Assembly: GCA_028534125.1 (NCBI GenBank)
Contig: CM052817.1
Coordinates: 82,276,001 to 82,340,000 of the forward strand
DNA length: 64,000 bases
Direction of reading: 5' to 3'
Source: Lama glama
Lineage: Eukaryota
The notes beneath the pieces were generated by a model, which made no database searches, was not told the origin of the DNA, and was given only the letters and a program-made list of their open reading frames with translations. How positions within the stretch are numbered: position 1 is the first letter of the stretch; each line of letters starts with the position of its first letter. A program made the position numbers and the translations under genes. Of the stretch, positions 52,625 to 64,000 are shown one piece after another.

Positions 52625-53470
52625 TTTGCTTTTTTGTGTGTTTTCTGCTTCGTAAATTTTGTCAATGAATTCTTTCTCAGTAAGTGTCTACCTTGTAGGT
52701 AAAGATAGGCAGAGCTCCTGCCCAGGACTGATTGGGGTTAGGGGATAAGGAGGAGCTTCATTTTGTGGTGCCTTCCAGTGTCATCTGGGCAGGGCACTTC
52801 AAGCCTGGTTCTTGTTTTCTGGAAATTCTGGTCTCTGGAAGCACCTAGTTCAAAATTTTCTGTATTCCCTGGTGATTAGGACTGGCTTGGACTGGCATTA
52901 CTGTCCAGGCAGGGTGCCCTGGACCCATGTCTTTATATCTCTCCTTGGTGGTGGGGACCTTCCATCCCTTTATCTCAAGCCTGGGGTCTACTAGATGCCT
53001 CAGGAACTCTGAGACTCAAGCTGATAGGTTCCTATGGATGGTCCCTGGAGGGCAACATGATAAGTGGGCCACATCTACTGACTAAGATAGTATTTCTCTC
53101 ATGGGATTTGCATGAGATCGGGCTACCAGAATGGTACTTCATGCTGAACTTGGGTGAGTACCAGTCACATCAGACACAGGAAGATTTCAAGATTGGACTA
53201 CTGGTGGTCTACTGATGCCCCTTTGACTTTGAGCCATATGAAGCCTGAACATTGGCTCTAGCCTGTTATTGTTCTGACCATGGTTCTACAGCATCCAAGG
53301 GTAGTTGGGGTGGTAGCAGGTGTTCTTCATCTTGTGTGCCCCCAGGCACTGGCACCCAGGGCAGTCATTCCACTGGTGCAGACAGTCCTTCAAGGATGGT
53401 CTTCAGTTTTTTCAGTACTATTGCTCTTCAACATCAGTAGTCACCTTTGATTGGTATCCACTGATGCTTC
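52625..53470 (-). pseudogene. Candidate highly decayed retrocopy; parent not identified
   Basis: ~850 bp of markedly higher GC with coding-like texture, no repeat family I recognise, an A-rich stretch at its minus-strand 3' end, and stops in the frames read. Confidence 0.3.
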
Positions 53471-53499
53471 AATTAATAAATCTTAAATTTTGAAAACTA

Positions 53500-54312
53500 G
53501 AAGTGGATGTACCTTGTATAAATGGAACTTCTGCACATGGGACCCTTGACTATCCTCCCCACTATCGCACTGTGTAGAAGGCAGGTTTGTTGTTAACATT
53601 GAAAGAAATCACATTTTAAGGATGTAGCAATAACTTAAAGGGTTCAAGAGAAGTCATAATTAGAAGATGAATATTATTCTGTATTTTGCCTATAATAATA
53701 CTTCAAATGGTGAATTTAACATGACCAGAAATCAAATTATAATTCATGTATTCCTGCACATTTGGATAAGACATGCATCTGTGGGTATCATCAACAAAGT
53801 ACAATAACAGCCATTAAGAGAGTCATTGGAAGCTGATATTCATTGGCTGTTTGAAGGAGGATGCAGTATTATGACTGATGAGGTAAACAACATTTTAATA
53901 AATAAATAAAATTGTTAAGGAACTGCAGAAGAGAGAAGATCTGTGATGTGTTGATACAAATGGTTTCCAAAGCTATAGCACTGGGAGTAATGATAGTCTT
54001 GCTCCTCGTGATAGGGGATATTATGTTAGCCACTAACAATGCATTTGACATTGAAGAGTACAGAGATGATTCCTGGACTGAATAGGAAGAAATGGTGCCT
54101 GAATGCTTAGAAGATTCTCCCCATGCACTCATTGGACGTAAGCAAAATTTGTAAGGATCGCTTATCTACCCACTATTTTAAATCATTGATAAATCAGTGT
54201 ATTTCACATGGACTCATATAGTTTGTTATACATTTTTAATCAAATTGTTTATAGAAGGAGAAGCCTTACAAAATATATTTGCCTAAAGCCCTGCAAACCA
54301 TGGGGGCAGATA
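53500..54312. mobile_element. Possible hAT-Tip100-type DNA transposon fossil
   Basis: Terminal-like motifs CTGCACATGGGACCC and ATATTTGCCTAAAGCCCTGCAAACC. Confidence 0.3.
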
Positions 54313-54689
54313 TGCTGGGCACCTTTGAGAATCTTGAATTTACAGCCTGCCTTCACTTAACATGCATTGTTATCAACTTTGAGCCCTTTGCCAATTTGGA
54401 TACAATAGAAAAAAATCTATTTCACATTTATCAATATGTCTATTAATGGACACACACAGAGTTATATGCATATACAAACACACATACACATTATCTAAAC
54501 TCTCACTGTTTGAAATCTTGCAAGGCAAAATAAGGAAATTAAAAGACTTAAATATCTAAAAAATACATATCTATATATCCCATTCACACTTTAATATATA
54601 TTAATATCTAATATGTATTGCATATTTACTACATGCAATAAATTATTTTATCTTCTTATAAATACCTACATATCTATTCTCCATGATAG

Positions 54690-54850
54690 TTATATGATAT
54701 ACTTATAATCATAATTATTATCCATATTTTGTAAATAAGAAAACTGGAGAAAAGGGAGGTTAAGTAATTGCCCAAGGTCACATACCTTGTAAATGCAAAA
54801 TGAAATATTAACTCAGAAAGCCAAGTTCTCAAGCACATTCTTTTACTGCC
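54690..54850 (-). mobile_element. MIR SINE
   Basis: TTTTGTAAATAAGAAAACTGGAG..GGTTAAGTAATTGCCCAAGGTCACA. Confidence 0.8.
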
Positions 54851-56079
54851 TCTCATAGGGATTTTTTCCCTCCCTTTTGATGTCATATTAATGCATAGTT
54901 TGTCTTTGTCTTGGAATATATTTTGAAGGAATGTATTATTTGAAACAAAGTGATTCAAACGAAGAAAGTTTTGTTGGTGATGTTTAGATAGGGGGAGAGT
55001 GTTTGTGATGGGCATTTTTAAAGAAATGTATAACAAATCCAGTAAAGATTTTACTCATTAAAAAATTTAGCAATGAAATATTTTCATAAGATAAGTTTTG
55101 GGTAGATGTTCAAATATGTGAAAATGACATCATGAGAAAGACATTTTAAAAAGACAGTTATTGCCCACTCAGTAATTGATTAGAGAATAACTGGAGTTGT
55201 GCATACATTTTGGCAAACCGGCACAGCCATTACTTTTCTCCTTGAACTGCAAAATAGCAGAGTCACAACTGACCACCCACAAGTTTGATCAGTCTGACAA
55301 ACAGCTCCAAACGTTTCCTGGAGTCCTTCACTTTTCATTAGCAAACCCTGATCTTAAATTCTTGTCTAACAAAACCGGCCATTTCCCTGAAGTTTTTAAA
55401 GTGGTTTACAAAATCACTATAGCCCACTGAATTTAGAGTGGATTTTAGCTGTACTGTAAAACTAGGGAAACTATGTTGTTTATTAAAACCATATTTTCAA
55501 ATTAAGTTTCTTGCACGGATCCAGATGGCATGCAGCACTACTGTGAAGGGAAGTGCTATAACTTTTAAGAAGTGCTGCATTCTCAGTTCCACACGTGAGT
55601 TTCTATGATGGACTCACATTTTCATTTGATCATGTAGTAAATAACAACATAAATTCCCTCACAAATGCCAGAATTACAGTTGTATAATCTTCCAGGTACT
55701 CTTAATTTGGAGAAACATGTGTTTTTATCATTTTTAGGGAATGGATATAGGAATTTTTTTATGGTAATACTAAAATATTCAGGATAAACTTTAGATATTA
55801 TAGACATTTTTGATGAATGTAACATATATTTAGTTGGTTCTGTCCCACATTTACTTTTGGTATTTCAGACTATAATATAAGCATCTATTTTTCTAAAGAT
55901 GAATTTGGAAATTCAAGAATTCAGCCAAATTGAGTGATTTATTTTTCTATTTCCAAATCTCCACCCACTTTGAAATGCATTCTCATTTTTATAATTTAAC
56001 CTCTCAGTGACATAAACCAGCATGGTTACAATTCTTTTCTATTCCCTTTTAAAGTGCATGTTTTTGATTAGCTAACACA

Positions 56080-56800
56080 GAATCTTTGGGCTTCGACCTT
56101 TCTTACTTTCTTCTCATACCTCTTTTTTTCTATGAAGCCATATGTTGGCCTCCTTCAAGGCTCAACCGTGGGCCCTTAGCCATCTCATTCTCATGCATTG
56201 CTTTAATTTCCACCTAGATATAGATAACCTGTCTTTATACAGACCCTCCCATGCACCTCTTCACTGAATTCTTCACTTAACTAATAGTCTGTCCCCTGTT
56301 ATGCAGTGTGGACTCCTTCTACTGTTTACTGTCTTAATAACTAGTATCACCATTTATTCCACTGCAAGAACAGAACATAGGTATCACTCTTGACACCCTT
56401 CAAAATCTACTCTATTAATCGAATATGTCAGAAGTTTTATTGTAGTTACTGCTTAGATAGCTTCAGTCTACTGCTGCTGCATATTTAAAAATCGCAGTTA
56501 AAATTCTCTCCCTTGTATTTCTTTACCTTTGGTTGCTCAAGCTGCACACACTTTCTGTTTCTACATTGCAAATACATCCTCTGCATTTCTGCCAGAACAA
56601 TATTGTCAAAATGTAAATCTGAATATTCTTCGTTGTCTGAAATCATCCAGTCAGTTTTTTTCTGTCCTTTTGATAAGGACAGACTTCTGTAACGTGTTCT
56701 AAGAGATCTCACCTGCTCTGTTCCCTGCCTACTATTTTGGCCTCTCCTCAACTACAGTTCCCCTAATTTTTTTCTCTTCATATTTTATGATCTTGTTTTA
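56080..56800 (+). mobile_element. L2 fragment
   Basis: CATCTCATTCTCATGCATTGCTTTAA, TGCCAGAACAATATTGTCAAAATGTAAATCTGA motifs. Confidence 0.55.
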
Positions 56801-57409
56801 TTCCTCATAGTTATGATGTTCCCATCAGTCATGGATAGATAGATAAACTGAAAATGTTGTCCTCCTTTATTAGAATGGTTTGGCTGCAAATAATGGACAA
56901 ATCCAAATCTATTGCCTTATTCAGTGGCAATTTATTATGTTCTGTAATCAGTCAAGGGACACTCAGGAAGGGTTAATGCCATCAAAGCCACCTCCAGACT
57001 TTGTGGTCTATTCTATCATTCATATCTAATATGCCTCCTCTTGGGTTATCATCTCTCATAATTTAATGATGGATGCATAAATTCTGGGAATTACATTCCT
57101 TCCACAATATCTAAAGATAGAACTGGGTTGTTATTTTCCTTGTGTCTCATTTTAATATACAGAAATCCCTGAACTTTCCTAGGTAATTTACCTGTGTATA
57201 TAACTGACCAAAACTTAATATTATATGCCTATGAACGAACGTCAATACAAGCAATATGGGACATTCTAGTGGCCTTCCTTGATGCTCCCAATTAAATCAA
57301 GCTCTAGCTTGTATAAAGTTTCTGAAGTCTTTTTTTATACACTGTACTTAACATAGTGTCCTTTCTACTGTCATTTACAGGACTTAAGAAATGATCATTT
57401 GGTTGTGTG

Positions 57410-57447
57410 TAGATAGATAGGCAGGCAGGCAGACAGACAGACAGACA
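57410..57447. repeat. Compound TAGA/GGCA/GACA microsatellite
   Basis: Direct reading. Confidence 0.85.
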
Positions 57448-58109
57448 TAAGCTGATTTCATGGGAAGTTCACGCCTAAGGATGCTCTCAGAAATAATAGT
57501 TCCTCTTAATTTAGAACAACGAGCTTAACCAAGTGGGCTATTGTTCTTCCTTCTAGATCAGGAGAAGTGGCTCAGAGATTATTTCTAGGGGGAAAAGACA
57601 GGCCATAAGAACACAGAACTCTGAAACTTTCCAAAAAAGGAGGGACTTTATTTGGAACACTGTGGGGGAAATTCAAGCCTAACCCTGCTCTTGAAAATAA
57701 TAGAGAAGGTGGCTGTAAGCAGTTAAGGGGAAGATGGCAGCATCATGAAAGAAGTAAGCTAAACTGTAGGCAGGCTAGTTTACCAAAAAGAACCAGGGAG
57801 AGAGACAGTTAGGTAGAGCCTTTCTGTTGTGAAAATAGATCTCAAAGACTGACCTCAAAAAGTACTTCTGCAAAGGGACTCAGATTTTATTGAATAAGAC
57901 TACAGAGCAATATATGTTCCAATGCATTGTCAAAAATAGTGAAACAGTCAACTGGTAATTAGTGGAACTGGGTGTAATACCAAATGGGACAGTTAGTTTA
58001 ACAGAGATATCAGAGACAGAAACAGTTTAAAACAGTCCTGCTAATCATCCAAGGGTAAATGTACACATGCCCATAGCTACACACTTTGAAGTACAGTACC
58101 AAATTATTC

Positions 58110-59490
58110 CTTCAGCTGAGTTTGCAGAAATTGCCAACCTGATTCTAAAATTCCTGTGGAAATTCAAGGAACTCAAATAGTCAAAACAATCTTGAAAAAT
58201 AAAGCAAAATTAGAAGACTTATACTTCCTGATTTTAAAATTCACAGCAATAGTACAATAATCAAAATACTGTAATGTGGGGAAAAGGGAACATTTGTACA
58301 TGGTTGGTGGGATGGTAAGTTGGTACAGTAATTATGGAGAATAGCGTAGAGATTTCTCACAAAATTAAAAATAGGTCTAGTCTCTGATCTAGTAATCCCA
58401 TTTCTGAGTATATATCCAAAGGTTACGAAATCAGTATTTTGAAGAAATACTTGCACTCTTGTATTCGTCGAAGCATTGTTCATGATAGCCAAGTTATGGA
58501 CATAACCTAAGTGTTGAATGGACAGAGAAATTGTGAGATTATAGATATTGATATGGATATATGGATACACACATATATATTACCCATATATAAATATATA
58601 TGCAATATTTTAAGTGTATTTTATGTTATATATAGTTATAAATATACATATGTGTGTATACATATTTATATATATATATATACAGCTGACCCTTGAACAA
58701 CATGAGTTTGAACTGTGTGTTTCCACATACACATGGATTTTTTTCACTAAATATGTACTGCAGTACTGCAGGATCCTTGCTTGGCTGATTCCTCAGATGC
58801 AGAGCCACAGATATGGAGGGCTGACTGTATGTAAAGTTATAAGCAGATTTTCAGCTGTCGGGAATGTTAGCACCCCTAACTCCTGTGTTATTCAAAGCTC
58901 AACTGCATATAATGGAATATTATTGTGCCTCAAACAAAAGAAGGAAAATCTTTTATTTGGCAATCATGGATGAACATGGAGGACATATGCTAAGTGAAAT
59001 AAGCCAGACACAGAAAGACAAATGAGCATGATATCCCTTACATATGGAATCTTAGAAAGTCAAACTCATGAAATCAGAGAGTAAAATAGTGGCCGCCAGC
59101 AGCTAGTGGGTGGGGGAAATGGGGAGATGTTTGTCAAAGGGTGTAAGCTTTCAGTTATAAGATGAAAAAAAATTCTAGAGATCTAATGTACTGCATGGTA
59201 GATGTATGACTAATTCTATATTGTATACATGACGTTTGCTAAGAGAGTAAATCGTGTCTTCACCACACACACATACGCACACACACACACACAAATGGAA
59301 ACTATGTAGGATAACAGACATGTTAATTAGCTTGACTGTGGTACTCATTACCCACAGTATACATGTATCAAAACATCACTTTTTACACCTTAAATATATA
59401 CAGTTTTTTATTTGTCAGTCATACCTCAATACAGCTGGGGAAAAAATTAAGGAAAAGCAAAAACAGATAAAATAAAATGAAAAATAAAAT
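58110..59490 (+). mobile_element. L1 fragments (ORF2 piece plus L1MA/MB-like 3' end)
   Basis: CTGATTCTAAAATTC..TCAAAACAATCTTGAAAA; GCTAAGTGAAATAAGCCAGACACAGAAAGACAA; 3' end CAGTCATACCTCAATACAGCTGG plus A-rich tail. Confidence 0.85.
58683..58905. mobile_element. Tigger2-family MITE inserted in L1
   Basis: TIRs CAGCTGACCCTTGAACAAC and GTTATTCAAAGCTCAACTG; TA target on the left. Confidence 0.85.
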
Positions 59491-60109
59491 AAATGCATGC
59501 ATTTTGAAAAAAAGTGCTATAAATAATGAGGAGTTTGGGCTAATATTAAATGACATTTGGGATGAAGTTCAAGAACGAAAATCCTATCTGCTCTAACTCA
59601 CTACTTCCTATGAGATTCCTAAGGCAGCTCCAGTAAATGCAAAACAAGACTCTTGATAATCAATCAGGTATCTCTTGTGAAGTATGTGGCCTAAGCTGAA
59701 GGTCTTAGTGGGACTTTCCACTCTCTAATAAACTCGAATTAAAATCTTACCATCAGTCACCCTTGAGTGGAGAAGCAGGCATCAGGCTGCAGCTGGGTAT
59801 GAGTGGAGACAAAGAGAGGACCAGAGGTCTGGCATTGCCCTCTTGGATTCAGGAACCACGCTGGACATTTTAGCACATAGCGATCCCACCCACTATTAAA
59901 TGTAGACCCCCTCCTCTTAGGATAGAACAAGCAGGGCAGTTCAAGATGAATGTGGAGTCCTCTTCCTTTCTGAAATGAAAATGTGACCCTGTTTTGTAGT
60001 GCCAGGCTTGGGAACATCTGGGGCACACAAACAGATGCATATTATTTATTTGTATGTTTTATTTTCTTTTATTTCTTTGTTTTATTCATGTTCCACCCTT
60101 TTAATTTGG

Positions 60110-60335
60110 AAACTGGTAAGTAGTATGGTTAGCAGACTGTCCTTTAAGGGAGTCCTGAATTCAAATCCTAATGCTTGCTGTATTTGCTGTGCCTGGCTGT
60201 GATCCAAACCTCCAAAAGACACAGTTTCCTCATCCATCAGTAAAACAATGTTAATTCATAGTATAAGTCTAACCTCATGATGATTCACTACTATGCTATG
60301 TTTAGCATAAGAGTGCTCAGTATGGTTAATAAATA
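60110..60335 (+). mobile_element. MIR SINE
   Basis: CCTGAATTCAAATCCTA..CAGTTTCCTCATCCATCA. Confidence 0.6.
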
Positions 60336-62639
60336 TTCAGAGAGAAATAAAATGAATACATTTCCACCGAGAAACAACTTCCCACTGGTAAGACAGACAT
60401 AAATAGTTACAGTGCAAGGTTGAGGGTGCCATGTGCTACAAAAGACCCTTAAACAAGTTTTGAAACTATGGGCAAAGGAGAGTCAAAAGAGAGGAAGTGG
60501 TGAGGTTGCAGATACACTTGAGTGAAGTGAAAGATGAATGGGGCAAAAGTGGGAGATAGGCTGGAAAGTTAGTTTATAACAAAATAGAACATTATACAAG
60601 GAGTTTGTATGCTCTGCCTATGGTAAGTGGCAATCTGAGGGAACAATATTCCTGACCTCTCGTTTTTTAATAATACCCAATCTAATAGATAACAATTTAA
60701 TACTAGTATTGAACTGTCAATGAGACTGTAGTTCATCCATCAGTGTCTAAATAATAGCACATGCTCTGCCTAGAACCAGTGAAGAAATTGACATTATGAC
60801 CCATAAACTATAAAGTATAATACACTTTATTATGGTGATTTGCTTTATTTAAACAGTATGAACATATGCAACATTCTAGATTATTGTATTATTTTAAAAG
60901 ACAGATTTCAGTCCATGTAGATGAGCAAAGTTGAGAAGAGAATTGTTTTTACAGTGACAGTTCATGTGAAATTACTTTCATGTTGTCTCTATTCTCACTA
61001 TTGTTGCTATATTCCATGTTAGCACATTCTAAAAGCAAGTGAAGGAAGAGTGTATGAGGGTGGTGAAGTCTGATCCCACCTGATTTATATTCCAACTCTG
61101 GAAGTCATGTCGGCCCAACCAGATGGCAGATAAACAGCTGAACTTGTGAACCTGGCTTAAATGAATCAAATGTTCTAAGTCATAAACATAAGACAGATGC
61201 TTACCAAATAAAAATTCCCACACTTGCTAATATATTAGATAACTGAACACTAATTTTTTTTCAAATTTAAAGATATATAACATGTCCAATAATAATGAAT
61301 TAAAAAGAGCCAATGTAAATAATGTAGAATTTTTAAGTGAAATATAATTCTTTTGGCCTAAATGATCTCTTTGTACTGCAATAAAATGTATGTTGCTAGT
61401 TTTCCCCACTTACATTTTATGTTCAGCTAGGAAAAGAGGTAATAAAGAAAACAATAAACAGAACATTTGAATGTGTCCAGCTCATACTTGTTAACAGGCC
61501 AGATAGAAGCAGGTCAACCATCTAAATGTTCTATGGTATTAATGGAATGTAAATGTTTCTTCTTTTCTTTTCTTTTTTTTTTTTTTAATGATTCCTGCAG
61601 TAATTTTCAGAGACTAGGTTGAAAAAATCCTTTGCCATTTTTTTATGGCATATGGCCATTTATAGTATCTACCCTTCCTGCAGGCCCAAGTACAAGACAT
61701 GTGTTAAACAAATATCAGACTACCTCTTTCTGGCCTAGTTCTCATTTGGTATAGGGCACAGCTACTCCTGTGGGCAAATATTCATCTGGGAAAGGCATGG
61801 GGATAAAGCAGAATGATGGAAATTATATTCAGTGATTTTCTTACTGTGTTTTTAGATATTAAAAATTATCATCCTGTTAATCTATGGTCATTAGGAGAAA
61901 TACTTATATATCTCCTTTCCCTGACACAATAACCCTTGAGGGATCCCCTTCTCATCTATACACAGTTGCATATTTTAGGCGGGGAGATCCTGCCTACCTT
62001 ACATTTTGGTGTATACAAATAAAGATGGTATAAACACCACAAAATAGGATGTATTCTATATAGTATATTTTTATAAATAGAGAGAAATTCTATTTTTAAA
62101 ACTAAAAAATGTAGTTTATAGAACTGCTAAGGACAATTAATCTAAACATCCCTATTCATTTAATTTGCTAAGTGGACTTCACTTAAGTGACTCCCATATC
62201 TACTATTTTCTTATTTCCCATTGCATTTGGTTATTTAGTTGCATTAACTTTGTAAGGAAACAACTGTAAAAATACTCCATGATTATTACAAGTGACTACA
62301 AGTAGTATTGAAGGAAAAGCTCTAGATTGTGCATATGAGTGCCATTATTTCATGCATACATTTCTTCAAAATTGAGGTTTTGTACCATGGGTGGTTGATT
62401 AAGAGAAAAAAAAATTCTCCTTGCTTTCAAGAAACAAACTATCACTTAGGCTAGAGTCAAGCATTAAACATAATAAGCAGTTAATTATTAAGGTCAAGCA
62501 CATTAAATATAGATAAACCCTGACACAAAACAGGGATTGGGAAACAATTTAGAGGTTCTCACTAAACTGAGGTTTTAAGAATGAGAAGCAGTTACCCAGG
62601 AAACTGTGTAGATCTCTAAGGTTAAAATTATGGCACCAT

Positions 62640-62850
62640 TTTAGTGGTTTCAATCCTGACTGCCTAAAGAATCTTCTGAGGAGCTTTTAAAAACAAAACA
62701 TAAACAAAACCAAAAATAGAACGTGAAACAATTAGTGACCCCCAATCACAAGAGAGTCCGACTCTTCTGCCTTGTGGAGAGGGGCTCAGATGTTGGAAAT
62801 TCAGACTTCTCCAGATGAATATAATTTGCACTGGGGTTGGGAACTACTGT
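62640..62850. mobile_element. MER5-like hAT MITE
   Basis: AGTGGTTTCAATCCTGACTGCC..AGAATCTTCTGAGGAGCTTTTAAAA and CCAGATGA..GGGTTGGGAACTACTG. Confidence 0.6.
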
Positions 62851-64000
62851 CTACAAATCAAAATAAAGAAAATTAGTTTTTATCTAATTTTTGCACTTCT
62901 TTTGACTTACTTTATTTATTTTATGTTACCAATTTAAAATATTTTAAGATCCCAAAGCCTATCTATGTTGATTGTAAGAAATTAGTCATCAAAATTACTT
63001 AGCTGTGTTATTTTTCTTCTCAATCTCTTGTCAAGCTGGATTTATGTAGAAACTTAGGACTAGATTTTATATCAGCTTCTAGGAAATAATGCTTGGAAAG
63101 GAGCCAATAAGATAATTCTGCTATTTGGGAAAATGGTACTTGTACAATTGTTTTTGTTTCTTCAATTGTAATGGTAATTTTTCAAAAGTTTCTTAACTTT
63201 TTTCCCAAGCTAACCCAAAATGGAATTTTATTTTAAATGCTTTGTGATTGAAACAATTTGCAAGAAATATGTGCCTTGTTAAGCCAATATCCAGTGAATG
63301 CTACATGCAGATAGTTTCTACACCGTATATAAAATGGCATGCTTAGTAGAAATAATGTATTTACATATTTCTTTCCTTCTCATATTAAAGGTAAAGCAGA
63401 AATGTAAACTAGACCAGTAATTCTCCATCTTTCACATTTTATTTCTCCCAAATATTCTATCAAATAATCAAATTTCCAAATTATTACAAATAAAATGAGT
63501 AACATTTCATAGACACAACTTTGGAAATCAGTGTGTCCAAAATGTTTTTCTTGGGAATTTAGAAATACCATAAGCTTATTTCATTAAAATATTAATAAAG
63601 CTTCATTTATTCTATGATTTATAGTAAAAACAACTTGATATCACTTATAATATGGGAGTAAGTGGGGACTTTAAAACAAGTAATCTTTTATGTACCATCA
63701 TCTTTAACTCCTTCAGTAAAATAAAATGAAAAAATATTTAAAATTAATGTATTTTCAAGTTACACATGCATATATAACAGTTACATTTACATATATATAA
63801 ATGTAAATTTATATATACGTTGTATATATACATTACATACATATGTTATTGAAGAGTGTTCACAGTCTTTCTGACTTTCTGAAGTTGCAGGGTGTTGTTG
63901 AGATGAGTGAAGTGTTTGAGGAAGATAATTTTATAAACAGTGGAAAGCTTTGCAATAGGAAAAAGGCTGGGTGATAAGCATTATTCTAAGCCAGACTATT

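Noticed and set aside
53290..53420. Assignment to IQCF/IQCN or a CHD C-terminal domain
   Set aside because: Similarity is too weak and needs several assumed frameshifts.
1..64000. CRISPR arrays, rRNA, tRNA, operons
   Set aside because: Mammalian repeat-rich DNA; no regularly spaced repeats or structural RNA signatures seen.

Overview
AT-rich mammalian genomic DNA, dominated by transposon fossils (L1, L2, MIR, MLT/ERVL and ERV1-like LTRs, Tigger and hAT MITEs). The short young L1 tails look camelid-like, and I saw no BovB/Bov-tA/PRE-1 SINEs, so a camel/alpaca origin is plausible; this is inference. I found no intact protein-coding gene. The main recognisable gene-derived sequence is a disabled processed pseudogene of SLC16A10 (MCT10/TAT1) at ~34450-35873 (+). 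It seems to copy a truncated isoform: the first three exons joined to an unknown terminal exon with its own AATAAA. It sits ~140 bp downstream of a same-orientation solo LTR inside a CpG-retaining patch and has gained a consensus splice donor. Other notable structures are a five-layer nested transposon stack (28258-30342), a TSD-bounded L1 with a large internal deletion fusing the ORF1 start to the ORF2 end (38044-40048), and an unidentified GC-richer retrocopy-like segment (~52625-53470, -). Repeat family names come from recalled consensus motifs, not a database search. I did not find firm evidence of a new biological system.
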